NCBI GenBank assembly: GCA_951406725.2
Contig: OX597833.1
Coordinates: forward strand, 42,966,001-43,030,000
Origin: Octopus vulgaris
Lineage: Eukaryota
Length of the DNA stretch: 64,000 bases
Direction of reading: 5' to 3'
Part shown: positions 1 to 12,511 of the stretch, piece after piece
Position numbering within the stretch: position 1 is the first letter of the stretch
Layout: the number at the start of each line of letters is the position of its first letter
Notes under the pieces: model-generated
What the model was told of the DNA's origin: nothing
Database searches by the model: none
Seen by the model: the letters and a program-made list of their open reading frames with translations, nothing else
Translations under genes and position numbers: made by a program

Positions 1-13
1 CATACACACACAG

Positions 14-45
<32 letters not shown>

Positions 46-52
46 ACAAACA

Positions 53-380
53 TGTTGTAGGGAATTAGTAATAATAGTACACCTCTCCAACATGACGACT
101 GGAATGACCAGTCACTATAAGTAAGGCGACGTCCGCCAGTATCGAGACAGTGCTTAGAGTACGAGAGTGCCTGTTAGACTGTGATGTTAGCAGTGTCTAT
201 ACTGATCTAGTAATTATACTGCGATACTGAGTGTCGGGCGTTATAACGATCCGACCTTTTGAGGATAATAACTCTGTACGACTTGGGGTCGAACAGTGCC
301 AGATAGAAACATCTATCGATGACTTCGGAATATAACAATATCTGTCAGAGCGACAACCTTCGTACAAGACAGATACAACA
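53..380 (+). mobile_element. 5' LTR of Ty3/gypsy retrotransposon
   Basis: Starts TGTTGTA (53) and ends TACAACA (380), a 7-bp inverted terminus; immediately followed by PBS-like TGGCAACAG (382-390) and then a gag relic. Confidence 0.75.
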
Positions 381-410
381 GTGGCAACAGACCGCTTTAT
401 AACAGAGACG

Positions 411-488
411 ACAAGGATTCAAACAACTCAACAAGGATTTAAACAGCCCGACGAGGTTTAAACAACTCACGAGTTGACAAACTTACAA
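411..488 (+). repeat. ~20-bp tandem repeat (3-4 degenerate copies) in gypsy leader
   Basis: ACAAGGATTCAAACAACTCA / ACAAGGATTTAAACAGCCCG / ACGAGGTTTAAACAACTC. Confidence 0.65.
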
Positions 489-559
489 AGTTTTGCTGTG
501 TGAATTTTACGTAAATCGTCAAAATTATGCTCGAGTTGCAAAAACAACAACAATAACAA

Positions 560-2235
560 TTGAAGGAACAACAACAACAGATTCAACTGCAAGAGCAACA
601 ACAAAAGCAACAACAACTAATTTTGCAACAACAAATGCTGCAATTAATGAAGTCGTCAGGAAAGTCAGAAAAAGTGTTCTTGCCAGACAGTGTCGAGATG
701 TCAATAACTGAATTGAAATACAAACTTGACGGAGTTACCTTCGAAGTATACAACTGAAGTAATGAGCAAATCTTCGAGAAAGAATGTAAAGATTGGGTCG
801 ACAAAATGAAAAGGCACTTAATTTTGAGAAAACTGGCTGCAACAGGACACGAATGGTACAGTAATTATTATGTACTTCCAAGAAAACCTTCGGACATAAA
901 TTTTAATGACACGATAAATATGTTGTGTATAATTTTCAGTGAAAAAAAATCTCATTGTTCAACATACATTGAAAGTGCCTGAACATAGAGAAAAACAACG
1001 ACGACGAAGACTTTGTTACACATGCTGGTAGAGTAAACAGGGAATGCGAGAATTTTAAGCTGGATAAATTAACTCCAGATATGTTCAAATGCCTGATTTT
1101 TACACAGGGACTGACTGCCGAAAAGGACGCAGAAATTAGTACTAGAATTCTTGCAAAGCTGGAGCAAAACCAGGATGTACCTCTGCAAAAAGTGTCTGAA
1201 GAATGTGAAAGGAAACTTTCGTGTTTAATGTGAAATGATACTGTGTCGCATTCAAGATACGACACAAGAAATTGAACATGAAGATTGTTTTCAAGTAAAA
1301 CCAGTGCGGAATAGTCTAAATAGAGATAAAGTGTCTTCTAAAAAAGACGACAAATATCAGGATAAAAATTCATGATTTTCACGAGGTGGTATGCACTTAA
1401 GGAAAAATTGTCTATTTAAAAAAGCGAAGTGTTTTCGTTGTGGTAATATAGGACATATTATTTCGTCTGTCTTTACGTTCAGAGTTCAATTTCCGCCGAG
1501 GTCGACTTTGCCTTTCATCCTTTCGGGGTCGATAAATTAAGTACCAGTTACGCATTGGGGTCGATGTAATCGACTTAATACCTATGTCTGTCCTTGTTTG
1601 TCCCTCTGTGTTTAGCCCCTTGTGGGTAATAAAGAAATAGGTAATATAGGACATATCATTTTGTCTATCTTTACGTTCAGAGTTCAATTTCCGCCGAGGT
1701 CGACTTTGCCTTTCATCCTTTCGGGGTCGATAAATTAAGTACCAGTAACGCACTGGGGTCGATATAATCGACTTAATCCGCTTGTCCCCTCTGTGTTTAG
1801 CCCCTTGTGGGTAGTAAAGAAATAGGTAATATAGGACATATTATTTCGTCTGTCTTTACGTTCAGAGTTCAATTTCCGCCGAGGTCGACTTTGCCTTTCA
1901 TCCTATCGGGGTCGATAAATTAAGTACCAGTTACGCACTGGGGTCGATGTAATCGACTTAATCTGTTTCTCCTTGTTTGTCCTCTCTGTGTTTAGCCCCT
2001 TGTGGGTAGTAAAGAAATAGGTAATATGGGTCATATTATTTCGTCTGTCTTTACATTCGGAGTTCAAATTCCGCCGAGGTCGACTTTTCCTTTCATCCTT
2101 TCGGGAGTCGATAAATTAAGTACCAGCTGTGTACTGGGGTCGATCTAATCGATTGTCCCCACCTCCTCCCCCAAAATTTCGGGCCTTGTGCCTAGAATAG
2201 AAAAGAATGTAGGACACATTAAGACGCACTGTTGA
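560..2235 (+). pseudogene. Decayed Ty3/gypsy gag, split by a SINE array inside its zinc knuckle
   Basis: Broken frames give EDFVTHAGRVNRECENFKLDKLTPDMFKCLIFTQGLTAEKDAEISTRILAKLEQ and knuckle CFRCGNIGHI|KTHC (second half at ~2221-2232); homologous to the gag at 48600-48924. Confidence 0.8.
1442..2205 (+). mobile_element. Tandem array of 4 family-A SINE units
   Basis: Units start at 1442, 1640, 1825, 2020; B-box-like GAGTTCAAATTCC and core GCCTTTCATCCTTTCGGGGTCGATAAA; flanked by 16-bp TSD AATATAGGACATATTA (1445-1460) / AATGTAGGACACATTA (2206-2221). Confidence 0.9.
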
Positions 2236-2499
2236 AAGAACGACAAACTAAGAGTTTGTACAGATATTTCAACAAAGGTGAACGGGTTGTTAGTCTCATA
2301 TGCTCACATTTGTTAAAAAATTAACACACACCATGGCTGATAGTAGATTTAAGCGCCAGTGGGAATTACTGCTGAAAAAAACCCCTCAAAATAGGGAGGT
2401 GGGGGTTAACAGTATTTGGGGGAAGAATTGTCACAGAGCAGCATGGATTCCTCATTTGTCTTATAATACAAATGCATATTTGTATTCATACATAAGATT

Positions 2500-2705
2500 G
2501 TCGTTTCGATTCCTGAACCAGGCAACGCGTTGTGTACTTGAGCAAAACACTTCATTTCACGTTGCTCCAGTCCACTCAGCTGGCAAAAATGAGTAACGCC
2601 GCGATGGACTGGCGTCCCGTCCAGCTGGGGAGCACGTACGCCATAAAAAACCGTGAAACAGGGCCCGCGAGCCTATCTAGGCTTTAAAAGGGTGCATTTA
2701 TATTT
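2500..2705 (+). mobile_element. Family-C SINE fragment
   Basis: CTTGAGCAAAACACTTCATTTCACGTTGCTCCAGTCCACTCAGCTGG segment shared with copies at 2812, 19730 and 59265. Confidence 0.7.
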
Positions 2706-2752
2706 TATTTATTATTCATACATACAGAATTGCATACACACACGCACATACA

Positions 2753-2791
<39 letters not shown>

Positions 2792-2811
2792 GGGTAAAGA
2801 TGTGTGTACTT

Positions 2812-3135
2812 TCGGCCATGAATGACCATGAGATGCATCTAGAAAGTTCCCCTTTGAGGCACAAGTCTGGGCGAGGTTGTTTTCGGAAAACCAGCTGTCG
2901 CACATGCATACCAGATTCTCCTTCCCAGACCACCGATGTTATCCAAGGGAAAGGCAAAGGTCAATACAGTTTGGCACCAGTGACGTCGCAACCCATTTTT
3001 ACAGCTGAGTGGACTGGAGCAACGTTAAATAAAGTGTCTTGTTTAAGAACGCAATACACAGCCCGGTCCGAGAATCGAACTCACTACCATATGATTGTGA
3101 GCCCGATATTCTAACCACTGAGCCATGCACCTTCA
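2812..3135 (-). mobile_element. Family-C tRNA-derived SINE
   Basis: Minus-strand tRNA-like head (TGGCTCAGTGGTTAGA...GTTCGATTC); tail matches 11540-11728. Confidence 0.75.
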
Positions 3136-3431
3136 CATACATACATACATATATACGTACATACATACATACAGTTTGAGAGATAGTAAGAGAGGGAGAG
3201 AGAGAGCGGGGGAGAAAGACAGAAATTGATAAAGTAACCTCGTGAAGATGGAAGGCTGGAGGAAAGAGTGATAGAGGTGTGGTACGTAAAGATGGGTGTG
3301 TGTGAGAGAAGGAAGGAGAGAGAGAGAGAGGGGGAGAGAGAGAGAGAGAAATTTGATGTTTGTCTTTCTGTATGTGCCTTTTACAAATACATGTGCATGT
3401 TTGTGTGTGTGTGTGTGTTCGTGTCTGTGTG

Positions 3432-3470
<39 letters not shown>

Positions 3471-3749
3471 TATATATATCTATGTAGTAGAATGTAAGAA
3501 TTTCTGTGTGCATGGAGGGGTGTGCATTGAAGAAGTAACAGAAAGAAAAAAAAATGGGGGGGGTATCCGCTATTCCCCACCCTCTATAACACGTGACCCC
3601 ATTTCTAATCCATCAGTCCCAAACCATCTTACATACCTCCCCCACATCTACTTGTCTAGCTACCTATTTACGTACCCCCTTCAGTAAGTAATCTGTATAT
3701 CCCCCTGTCCCACCTATATGTGCCTGTATGTCTATCACTCCCCCGTATG

Positions 3750-4145
3750 CCTCTCTCTCCCTCTCTCTTTCTCTCTCTCTGTCAGTTTTTCTCTGTCTGT
3801 TTCTCTCTCTCCCACCTCTCTCCCTCTCTCTTTCTCTGTCTGTTTTTCTCTCTCTCTCCCACCTCTCTCCCTCTCTCTTTCTCTGTCTGTTTCTCTCTCT
3901 CCCACCTCTCTCCCTCTCTCTTTCTCTGTCTGTTTTTCTCTCTCTCTCCCACCTCTCTCCCTCTCTCTTTCTCTGTCTGTTTTTCTCTCTCTCCCACCTC
4001 TCTCCCTCTCTCTTTCTCTGTATGTTTTTCTCTCTCTCTCCCACCTCTCTCCCTCTCACTTTCTCTGTCTGTTTTTCTCTCTCTCTCCCACCTCTCTCCC
4101 TCTCTGTCTGTTTTTTTCTCTCTCTCTCTCCCACCTCTCTCCCTC
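3750..4145. repeat. Polypyrimidine minisatellite, ~43-47-bp unit, ~8 copies
   Basis: CCCACCTCTCTCCCTCTCTCTTTCTCTGTCTGTTT(T)n(CT)n recurring at 3811, 3858, 3901, 3948, 3993 and onward. Confidence 0.9.
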
Positions 4146-4513
4146 AGTTCTTCCTACTACAACCGCCTCTATCACTACAACATTAACTTCAACACTACCA
4201 TATCACTTCCAACACCACCACCACAACCGCCCGGCCGACGCCACCCTTCCATTACCATCGCTATAACTATTAACGTGTCCCTATTCCGTGATTTCTCACA
4301 GTGGCAAAGATTTAGCCAACGAAGCACACGCACAAACACGATATGCTCACACATACACACACAAAAGCACAATACACGCACATACACGCACTTACACGTG
4401 CACACACAAACACAAAATGCACACACACTCACGTATAATGTTTTCAGTGTGTCCCATAAACGAGGTAGTATTTTAACGTCTTTTAAACTTAAAAACTTTC
4501 AGAAAAGTTCAGA

Positions 4514-4928
4514 ATAGGCGCAGGAGTGGCTGTGTGGTAAGTAGCTTGCTAACCAACCACATGGTTCCGGGTTCAGTCCCACTGCGTGGCATCTTGGGCA
4601 AGTGTCTTCTGCTATAGCCCCGGGCCGACCAATGTCTTGTGAGTGGATTTGGTAGACGGAAACTAGAAGAAGCCTGTCGTATATATGTATATATATATAA
4701 GTGTGTGTGTATATGTTTGTGTGTCTGTGTTTGTCCTCCTAGCATTGCTTGACAATCGATGCTGGTGTGCTTACGTCCCCGTCACCTAGCGGTTCGGCAA
4801 AAGAGACCAATAGAATAAGTACTGGGCTTACAAAGAATAAGTCCCGGGGTCGATTTGCTCGACTAAAGGCGGTGCTCCAGCATGGCCGCAGTCAAATGAC
4901 TGAAACAAGTAAAAGAGTAAAAGAGTAA
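4514..4928 (+). mobile_element. Family-B SINE with internal microsatellite
   Basis: Head GGCGCAGGAGTGGCTGTGTGGTAAG...GGTTCAGTCCC, CORE-like CTTGGGCAAGTGTCTT, central TA/GT repeat, (GTAAAAGA)n tail; many copies in window. Confidence 0.9.
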
Positions 4929-4941
4929 TATAAGTGAATAC

Positions 4942-5379
4942 GGATCTTTTCGGTTTGAACGGCAGTTTTTTAAAATAATTTCCACGTAACTAAACACTTA
5001 TAAACTTCGTATACTGGTAGGATGTGTTTATAAAACATCTTTTTCTCTTCGCTTTATTGAGAAAATTCTATAGTTTGTAAGATATTTGTTGTTTTTTTCT
5101 TCAATTTCTGCAATTTCAACCAATCAATGAGGTCTATTGAGGTAAACAACATTCTGTGCCGTATGAATATGTCCCTCGTTTATGAAACAGATTGGGTTTA
5201 TTTACATTTGTGAAGAAAAAAGATACCCTTCCCCCACCCCTAACCCTAACCCTAACCCTAACTAACCCTAACCCTAAAACAGATTGAAATGCAATAGATC
5301 GATACTAGGGTCATAATTATGGGTGACAATTTCATATGACACCGTTAGAAAAAAACTGCCGTTGAAACCGAAAATATCC
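4942..5379 (+). mobile_element. MITE with ~29-bp TIRs, 8-bp TSD and internal (CCCTAA)n (Merlin-like termini)
   Basis: TIR GGATCTTTTCGGTTTGAACGGCAGTTTTT; TSD GTGAATAC/GGGAATAC; telomere-like repeats at ~5238-5277. Confidence 0.9.
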
Positions 5380-5580
5380 GGGAATACACCAATTCCTCAA
5401 AGAATTCGATACAAGTTAAAGAACAAGTAGAGCTATTTTATTTGATTTGATTTCAAATTCTGCACGAATTTATTCAGTTTTCATGCCTATCCTCATCTAT
5501 AGTAATGGATGTTGGGTAATGACCAAAAGTGTCCAATTACGAATATAAGCGGCTGAAATGGGGTTTCTACAAGAGATCTC

Positions 5581-5999
5581 GGATCTTTTCGGTTTGAACG
5601 GCAGTTTTTTTCTAGTGGTGTTATATGAAATTGTCACCCATAATTATGACCCTAGTATCGATCTATTGCATTTCAATCTGTTTTAGGGTTAGGGTTAGGG
5701 GTGGGAGAAGGGTATCTTTTTTTCTTCACAAATGTAAATAAACCCAATCTGTTTCTAAAACGAGGGACATATTCATATGGCACAGAATGTTGTTTACCTC
5801 AATGGACGTCAGTGATTGGTTGAAATTGCAGAAATTGAAGAAAAAAAAAACAACAAATATCTTACAAACTATAGAATTTTCTCAATAAAGCGAAGAGAAA
5901 AAGATACTTTATAAACACATTCTACCAGTATACGAAGTTTAAAATTTTTTAGTTACCAATAAATTATGTTAAAAACTGCCGTTCAAACCGAAAAGATCC
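5581..5999 (-). mobile_element. Second copy of the same MITE, inverted
   Basis: Same TIRs, perfect 8-bp TSD GAGATCTC, internal TTAGGG repeats. Confidence 0.9.
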
Positions 6000-6039
6000 G
6001 AGATCTCGAGAGTAATGTTATTCGACAGAGTGCGTAGCT

Positions 6040-6330
6040 CGGAGTTCAAGTCTCGCCGCTACTTCTCTGCACTGAGGAGGTATCACGGACATGTAAGTAG
6101 AATGCCGTAGGAAAGAATTGCAAAACAGATTCTTCAAGCCGAGGGAAGTGGCGGGAGATCTTGGTGTAGACCAAGAATGAGATGGTTGGATAATAACTAA
6201 AGTTTCAGTTAATCACGCTTGGAAATCCAACCAAAAAATGTAATCGTGATTGCTTCTGATTGGACCCTATGAAAGGTGCCACAGGATTCTTCTTCCAAGA
6301 GCCTCTCAAGACTAATGGAAGAAAAGATGG
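6040..6330 (+). mobile_element. RTE-type LINE 3' fragment
   Basis: Translates RYHGHVSRMP*ERIAKQILQAEGSGGRSWCRPRMRWLDN, typical of the RTE ORF C-terminus. Confidence 0.65.
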
Positions 6331-6399
6331 TGGGATGCAGTTACTGCGTTTGGTGGAAGGGGCAGTGCCCGCGGCCTTTGCAAGTTCTCTGAAAAGGCT

Positions 6400-7780
6400 G
6401 CAAAGGTTGATATTGTGAACTTTTCGCTTAAACTGCTACGTGTCGACACCTGTAAGAAAGACACGAATAAGTAAGAGATTCCAGAGGGATGGAGTTTTAG
6501 GAAAGAAGGACTGGATGTAGGAGTTAGTGCCAGTCCAGAGCGGGGTGGAAAGGAAACGAAATGAGTGACAAGAGGAGTGGGGGGTTGAGTTCAGCGCTAG
6601 AAAAAGGCAAAGAGAAAAGGGAGCACATTTATAGATCAAAAGCTGGAATGTGTGGCCCTCTGGAAGTGGTCTAGGACAGTGATTCTCAACCATTTTTTCC
6701 TCTATGAACCCCTTTGAATACTAGTTTATTCTAGTGGATCCTGCTCCATAGCCATTCCATGTTTAAAAGCTGGCTTCATAGATACTTCTTTCAAAATTAC
6801 TATTTTGTTTTTCGCACATTCTCTGAGAGAACACGTTTCAGTGACCAGAAACTATATTAAACTATGGAAAGCATTAGAGAAAAGAACCTAGTTATTTCTT
6901 GCAGTAAATACATCCAAATCAATTTTTTTTTCATGGACACTTAATTCCACCGAGGTCGACTTTGCCTTTCATCCTTTCGGGGACGATAAATTAAGTACCA
7001 GTTTCGCACTGGGGTCGATTTAATCGACTTAATCCGTTTGTCTGTCCTTGTTTGTCCCCTCTATGTTTAGCCCCTTGTGGGCAATAAAGAAACAGATACT
7101 TATTTTATCAACTCTGAACGATAAAAGTCAAAGTCGTGTACGGCTGGATTTGAACCCAGGACGTAAAGAGCTGCAAGAAATGCCGCTAAGTAGTTTGCCC
7201 GCTGTGGGAATACTTCTAACAGCTCACTGCCTTAGTCACGAGAACAATAACAAGAGTAACAACAATAACAGCAACGATACCATGGATTACAATTTACAAT
7301 TTTCCATGCGCGGACCCCCAAAAATTCTTATATGGATCCCCAAGGGTTATATAGATTCTGGTTGAGAACTACCGATCTATGACGTCCCTGTGTGTGCAGC
7401 ATCAGCTCTAACACTGGTGTGAACATTACACCATTATTGGCTCAGTTGAGTTTGGTACATTGTCGGCAATGTTAGAAGGAGTGAGAATGGAGTATTTTCT
7501 AGTCCTGAAGAGAAGGACCAGATTTTGGAACACAATGCAAATTATGTTAAGGACGTGCTTTCTTTGGGGGAAGACCTGAGTGACAATGATACGTAATATT
7601 TTGCTTGATTATAAGGGCTCTAGTTTGTATGCTGCTCATGTTTGTCGAGTGTTAGTGAGGTGCAATGATGTATAGTTGATACGCAAAGTGCAGGTGAGTA
7701 TAAGTTTTAGGAGAAATAACATTAGTACGTAGATATATCCATTAAAGATGATTTCCAACCCATTGTTCAAGGATTTATTC
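6400..7780 (-). mobile_element. Decayed CR1/L2-group LINE 3' region interrupted by a hAT MITE
   Basis: SYIQSFFPKTPSLWNLL C-terminal motif in ORF 6436-6693; degenerate RT-distal sequence continues at ~7380-7780. Confidence 0.55.
6677..7374. mobile_element. hAT/Charlie-like MITE containing a 335-bp inserted duplication
   Basis: TIRs CAGTGATTCTCAACC / GGTTGAGAACTACCG; degenerate 8-bp TSD GTCTAGGA/ATCTATGA. Confidence 0.7.
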
Positions 7781-8190
7781 AATAAACCTGACAGAAATAG
7801 CCACGCATAACCCTATTTGAGCCCCGGCTCTGCGATAGAATCAACCGTTTCAAGTTGTTAACTTCTTACTTGCCGGGAGCACAAAACTGTTCTGTGCTCC
7901 TGAAGAGAGTTCCAGCAGGAACTTGAAGCTCTCTCTCTATCCGCTCAGTCGAAGTCGACTCGCGGTCACTCGTTAGATCAGTGTCCTCCAGTCAGTTCTA
8001 TCCTGGACCGCTTCTTTTAGATTGGCTATGTCAATTCCGGTATCACTGACCATTCCGAGCATGATGTCCTTCTCCAGAGATTTTTTCTTGAAGCACTTAA
8101 TTTAATTGTTGAGCTATAATTATGTTTTACACAAATAAAGATAATTGAAGTTTTATTTACTGATTACTACATTGAAGAACGATCTTTTCA

Positions 8191-8262
<72 letters not shown>

Positions 8263-8263
8263 G

Positions 8264-8333
<70 letters not shown>

Positions 8334-8334
8334 T

Positions 8335-8371
<37 letters not shown>

Positions 8372-8485
8372 ATTTATCTGTTTGTTTCTGTGTGCCTGCC
8401 TGGCCATGTGTGTGTGTGTGTGTGTACTATACATTTTCTTTAAAGCAGAAACGAATTGTACTCTGTATGCACGCACGCACACACA

Positions 8486-8556
<71 letters not shown>

Positions 8557-9375
8557 TATCGCTATCAGACAATTAATTACTCAGTCATTTTGGTTATGAT
8601 GAAAGTGGTGATGGTAGTAGCGATGGTGGTGGTAGGAGGTGGTGCATGCGCGTGTGTTTGTTTATTTGTGTGCGTGTGTGTGTGTTTGTATGTGTGTGTG
8701 GCGCGTATTTGTTAAGGAAACAGATGAAGCTTTTACTGGATTAGAAAGGAAAATAAGCGGAGGTATGACGCTTATTAATGGTGTGTGGTGGCCGATTTTT
8801 GAGAGATTTTCAGAGCAAATTGTTTGTTAGTCTTCGGTTTTTGTTGATCTTAATGTTTTAATACTATCAAAGGGAAGGATGTTGTTGTAACCCTAAGCCC
8901 TTTTCACCCATCACCCATCACCCATTGTCGTCTCTGTTATAGGATTTCAAAAAGTTATCCCAGATCTTATAAGATAGCAAACAACAAGAAACAACAAGTA
9001 CAACAGCAAACACAAGAGTACCACTATGCTGTCGAGTCTACGTCAGAGACCCCCTATCCTGGTCATCCGACCCGCTAGAAATAACAGCAAAACTCTCCTT
9101 TAGATTAAACCCTAACATATGTAAATACAGAGAAAAGACTCTTTAGCTAATTTAGTGCTAGATATACTATGTCAAAAATAAAAGCAAAGCATTCGACAGG
9201 AATGTTTTTGATTATAGATGTGTTCGTTTCTGGTTGATATGGACTCAAACAACAACTAGATTAATATCTATAGCTGCAATAACAACAATTATGATCCCGC
9301 ACTTTGTATCCATCAGCATCGTAAGAACAATCGCCACCAGTATTGCTATCACAATGTTTATAACGGTCACCATAT

Positions 9376-9793
9376 TTTTTTTCTTTACTACCCACAAGGG
9401 GCTAAACATAGAGGGGACAAACAAGGACAGACAAAGGGATTAAGTCGATTACATCGACCCCAGTGCGAAACTGGTACTTTATTTAATGATCCCGAAAGGA
9501 TGAAAGGCAAATTCAACCTCGGCGCAATTTGAACTCAGAACGTAATGGCAGACGAAATACCTATTTCTTTACTACCCATAAGGGGCTAAACACAGAGAGG
9601 ACAAACAAGGACAGACAAACGGATTAAGTCGATTACGTCGACCCCAGTGTGTAACTGGTACTTAATTTATCGACCCCGAAAGGATGAAAGGCGAAATCGA
9701 CCTCGGCGGAATTTGAACTCAGAACGTAGCGGCAGACGAAATACGGCTACGCTTTTCGCCCGGCGTGCAAACGTTTCTGCCAGCTCGCCGCCC
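9376..9793 (-). mobile_element. Family-A SINE dimer
   Basis: Head GGCGGCGAGCTGGCAGAAACG plus two body units; 18-bp TSD TTATAACGGTCACCATAT (9358-9375 / 9796-9813). Confidence 0.9.
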
Positions 9794-9953
9794 TATTATA
9801 ACGGTCACCATATATAAAAACAATCATGATTCTACAACATCTACAAGTTAACGAGGAAGTCTCTATATGATCACTCAGACTAGTAGGAATAGCAGTTAGA
9901 CCTACCGGAGGATTACATTGACCCCAGTGCTCGAGTGATACTTATTTTATCAA

Positions 9954-10367
9954 GGCGGCGAGCTGGCAGAAACGTTAGCACACCGGGCGAAATGCTTAGC
10001 GGTATTTCGTCTGCCGCTACGTTCTCAGTTCAAATTCCACCGAGGTCGACTTTGCCTTTCATCCTTTCGGGGTCGATAAATTAAGTACCAGTTTCGCACT
10101 GGGGTCGATGTAATCGACTTAATCCGTTTGTCTGTCCTTGTTTTCCCCTCTATGTTTAGCCCCTTGTGGGTAATAAAGAAATAGGTATTGCGTCTGTCGT
10201 TGCGTTCTGAGTTCAAATTCCGCCGAGGTCGACTTTGCCCTTCATCCTTTCGGGGTCGATAAATTACGTACTAGTTTCGCACTGGGGTCGATGTAATCGA
10301 CTTAATCCGTTTGTCTGTCCTTGTTTGTCCCCTCTATGTTTAGCCCCTTGTGGGCAATAAAGAAACA
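9954..10367 (+). mobile_element. Family-A SINE dimer inserted into an older antisense family-A copy
   Basis: 17-bp TSD GATACTTATTTTATCAA (9937-9953 / 10368-10384); host SINE remnants at 9911-9953 and 10368-10505. Confidence 0.9.
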
Positions 10368-11227
10368 GATACTTATTTTATCAACTCTGAACGATAAAAG
10401 TCAAAGTCGTGTACGGCTGGATTTGAACTCAGGACGTAAAGAGCTGCAAGAAATGCCGCTAAGTAGTTTGCCCGCTGTGGGAATACTTCTAACAGCCCAC
10501 TGCCTTAGTCACTAGAACAATAACAAGAGTAACAACGATAACAGCAACGATAGCAATAGAAGCAACAACAGCAATAAAAATAATAGAAACAACGTCAAAA
10601 GCAGTAACGGCCTAGGGTTTCACATTTCAGTGTTGGTCTATTTTTAAAACTGTAGGGCAATGATACTGAAATGGTGATTCACAAGAAGCATTTAGATTTA
10701 GGGGTCAGTGATTTTTAAAAATATAAAAATATAATTTACGTCTTTAAAACACTCCATGCTTAATATTTGAACATCTTGAAAACACGTTTATAAATTTGTT
10801 ACAATATACAAATGTGATTAAAAAAATTAATAAATTAACAAATTAAAATTTATAATAATAATATTAATTAACAAAGATAAGCTATAATTGTCTATATACT
10901 TTTTCTTTTTAACTAAAATATAGTTCTTTCTCTTTTTTTTTTCTAACTTTTCATATACGAAGTGTCGCAAAAATGTCAAAAAAGTTGAGAACTACTACAG
11001 GAATATTTTTGCCGATGGTAATTATAGTACCTCGCAGCATCACTAACTACACACAGATCACGCCCATGGACCACCTACACAAGGAAACCAATATACTAAG
11101 AATAAATAAAGGATTATTCGGACATGCGAGGCGTGCAGTTTGTTATTGTAGTAATATTCAAACCAAGCCCTTTCCTTTGCAAGCTCAATTATGCACAATG
11201 ATACAACACCCACAACACTACCAAGCT

Positions 11228-11728
11228 CAGCGGAGGTGCAATGGCCCAGTGGTTAGGGCAGCGGACTCGCGGTCGTATGATCGCGGTTTCGATTCCCAGA
11301 CCGGGCATTGTGAGTGTTTATTGAGCTAAAGCTCCTGGAGGCTCCGGCAGGGGGTGGTGGTGAACCCTGCTGTACTCTTTTACTACAACTTTCTCTCACT
11401 CTTTCTTCCTGTTTCTGTTGTATCTGTATTTCAAAGGGCCAGCCTTGTCACACTCTGTGTTGCGCTGAATCTCCCCGAGAACTACGTTAAGAGTACACGT
11501 GTCTGTGGAGTGCTCAGCCACTTGCACGTTAATAAATGATCTGTGACGTCACTGGTGCCAAGCTGTATCAGCCTTTGCCTTTCCCTTGGATAATATCGGT
11601 GGCGTGGAGAGGGGAGGCTGGTATGCGTGAGTGACTGCTGGTCTTCCATAAACAAGCATGCCAAGACTTGTGCCTCGGAGGGTAAATTTCTAGGTACATT
11701 CCCATGGTCATTCATGACCGAAGGGGGT
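11228..11728 (+). mobile_element. Full-length family-C SINE (tRNA-Arg-like head)
   Basis: TGGCCCAGTGGTTAGGGCAGCGGACTCGCGG...GGTTTCGATTCCC A/B boxes; segments shared with 2812, 19730, 23120 and 62575. Confidence 0.8.
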
Positions 11729-12284
11729 CACAACAACCAAGCTCAGAACAGTACTATGACGCCATTGTATTTCACTGAGCAAACGAAGGTAGCCTCTACG
11801 TGGTGGATCGACCTGCTAGAAATAACAACCAAATATCCCTCCTGAAATCATACACTACCTAATAAAAAGAAACGTTACATTGGTAACATAGTCCTTGATA
11901 CACTGTTTGTAATACAGACGGAATGGTCATGCATGGAATACATTTTCAGTCAAAATCATACCTGGGTAAAAAACAATATCCCTATCGTTCCCACTCAGTA
12001 CAGGCAATCATAAACAAGCACACAAAAATATCGACGGCATCAGTAACTTACTGCCATCACTCTTACTAAATGAAACACCTCTACAAATGTCGCCAACAAA
12101 GCGGCGGCCGGTTGTGTGTGTGTGTGTATGTTAGCGCATACGCGCGTGTATTATATTTTTAATATAGTTCTTGATACTTTGGGCATGGACAATAGACGAA
12201 ATTGTAAGCGCCAGAAAGTCGTTGAATCTAGGTTTGTACACATCTGGAAGTGCAGGATTCGTTCTGGCTTTCTGAGTTAATTCT

Positions 12285-12285
<1 letters not shown>

Positions 12286-12331
<46 letters not shown>

Positions 12332-12446
12332 GCTACCACTACTACTTCTTCTTCTTCTACTTCTTTTTCTTCTTCGTCTTCTTTTTCTTCTTCGTCTTCT
12401 TCTTTTCCTTCTTCTTCTTCTTCTTCTTCTTCTTCTTCCTTCATCA

Positions 12447-12511
<65 letters not shown>

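Noticed and set aside
1442-2205. CRISPR-like regular repeats
   Set aside because: ~190-bp SINE units in eukaryotic DNA; no unique spacers and no cas genes.
5238-5277. Chromosome end or fusion telomere
   Set aside because: Only a few units, internal to a TIR/TSD-bounded MITE seen three times.
7048-7365. Duplicated ORF (also 10321-10515) as a gene pair
   Set aside because: Runs through SINE sequence within the local duplication; not a gene.
11228-11305. tRNA gene-like sequences (also 4514, 9954, 23120)
   Set aside because: A/B boxes are present but there is no complete cloverleaf and they continue into SINE bodies.
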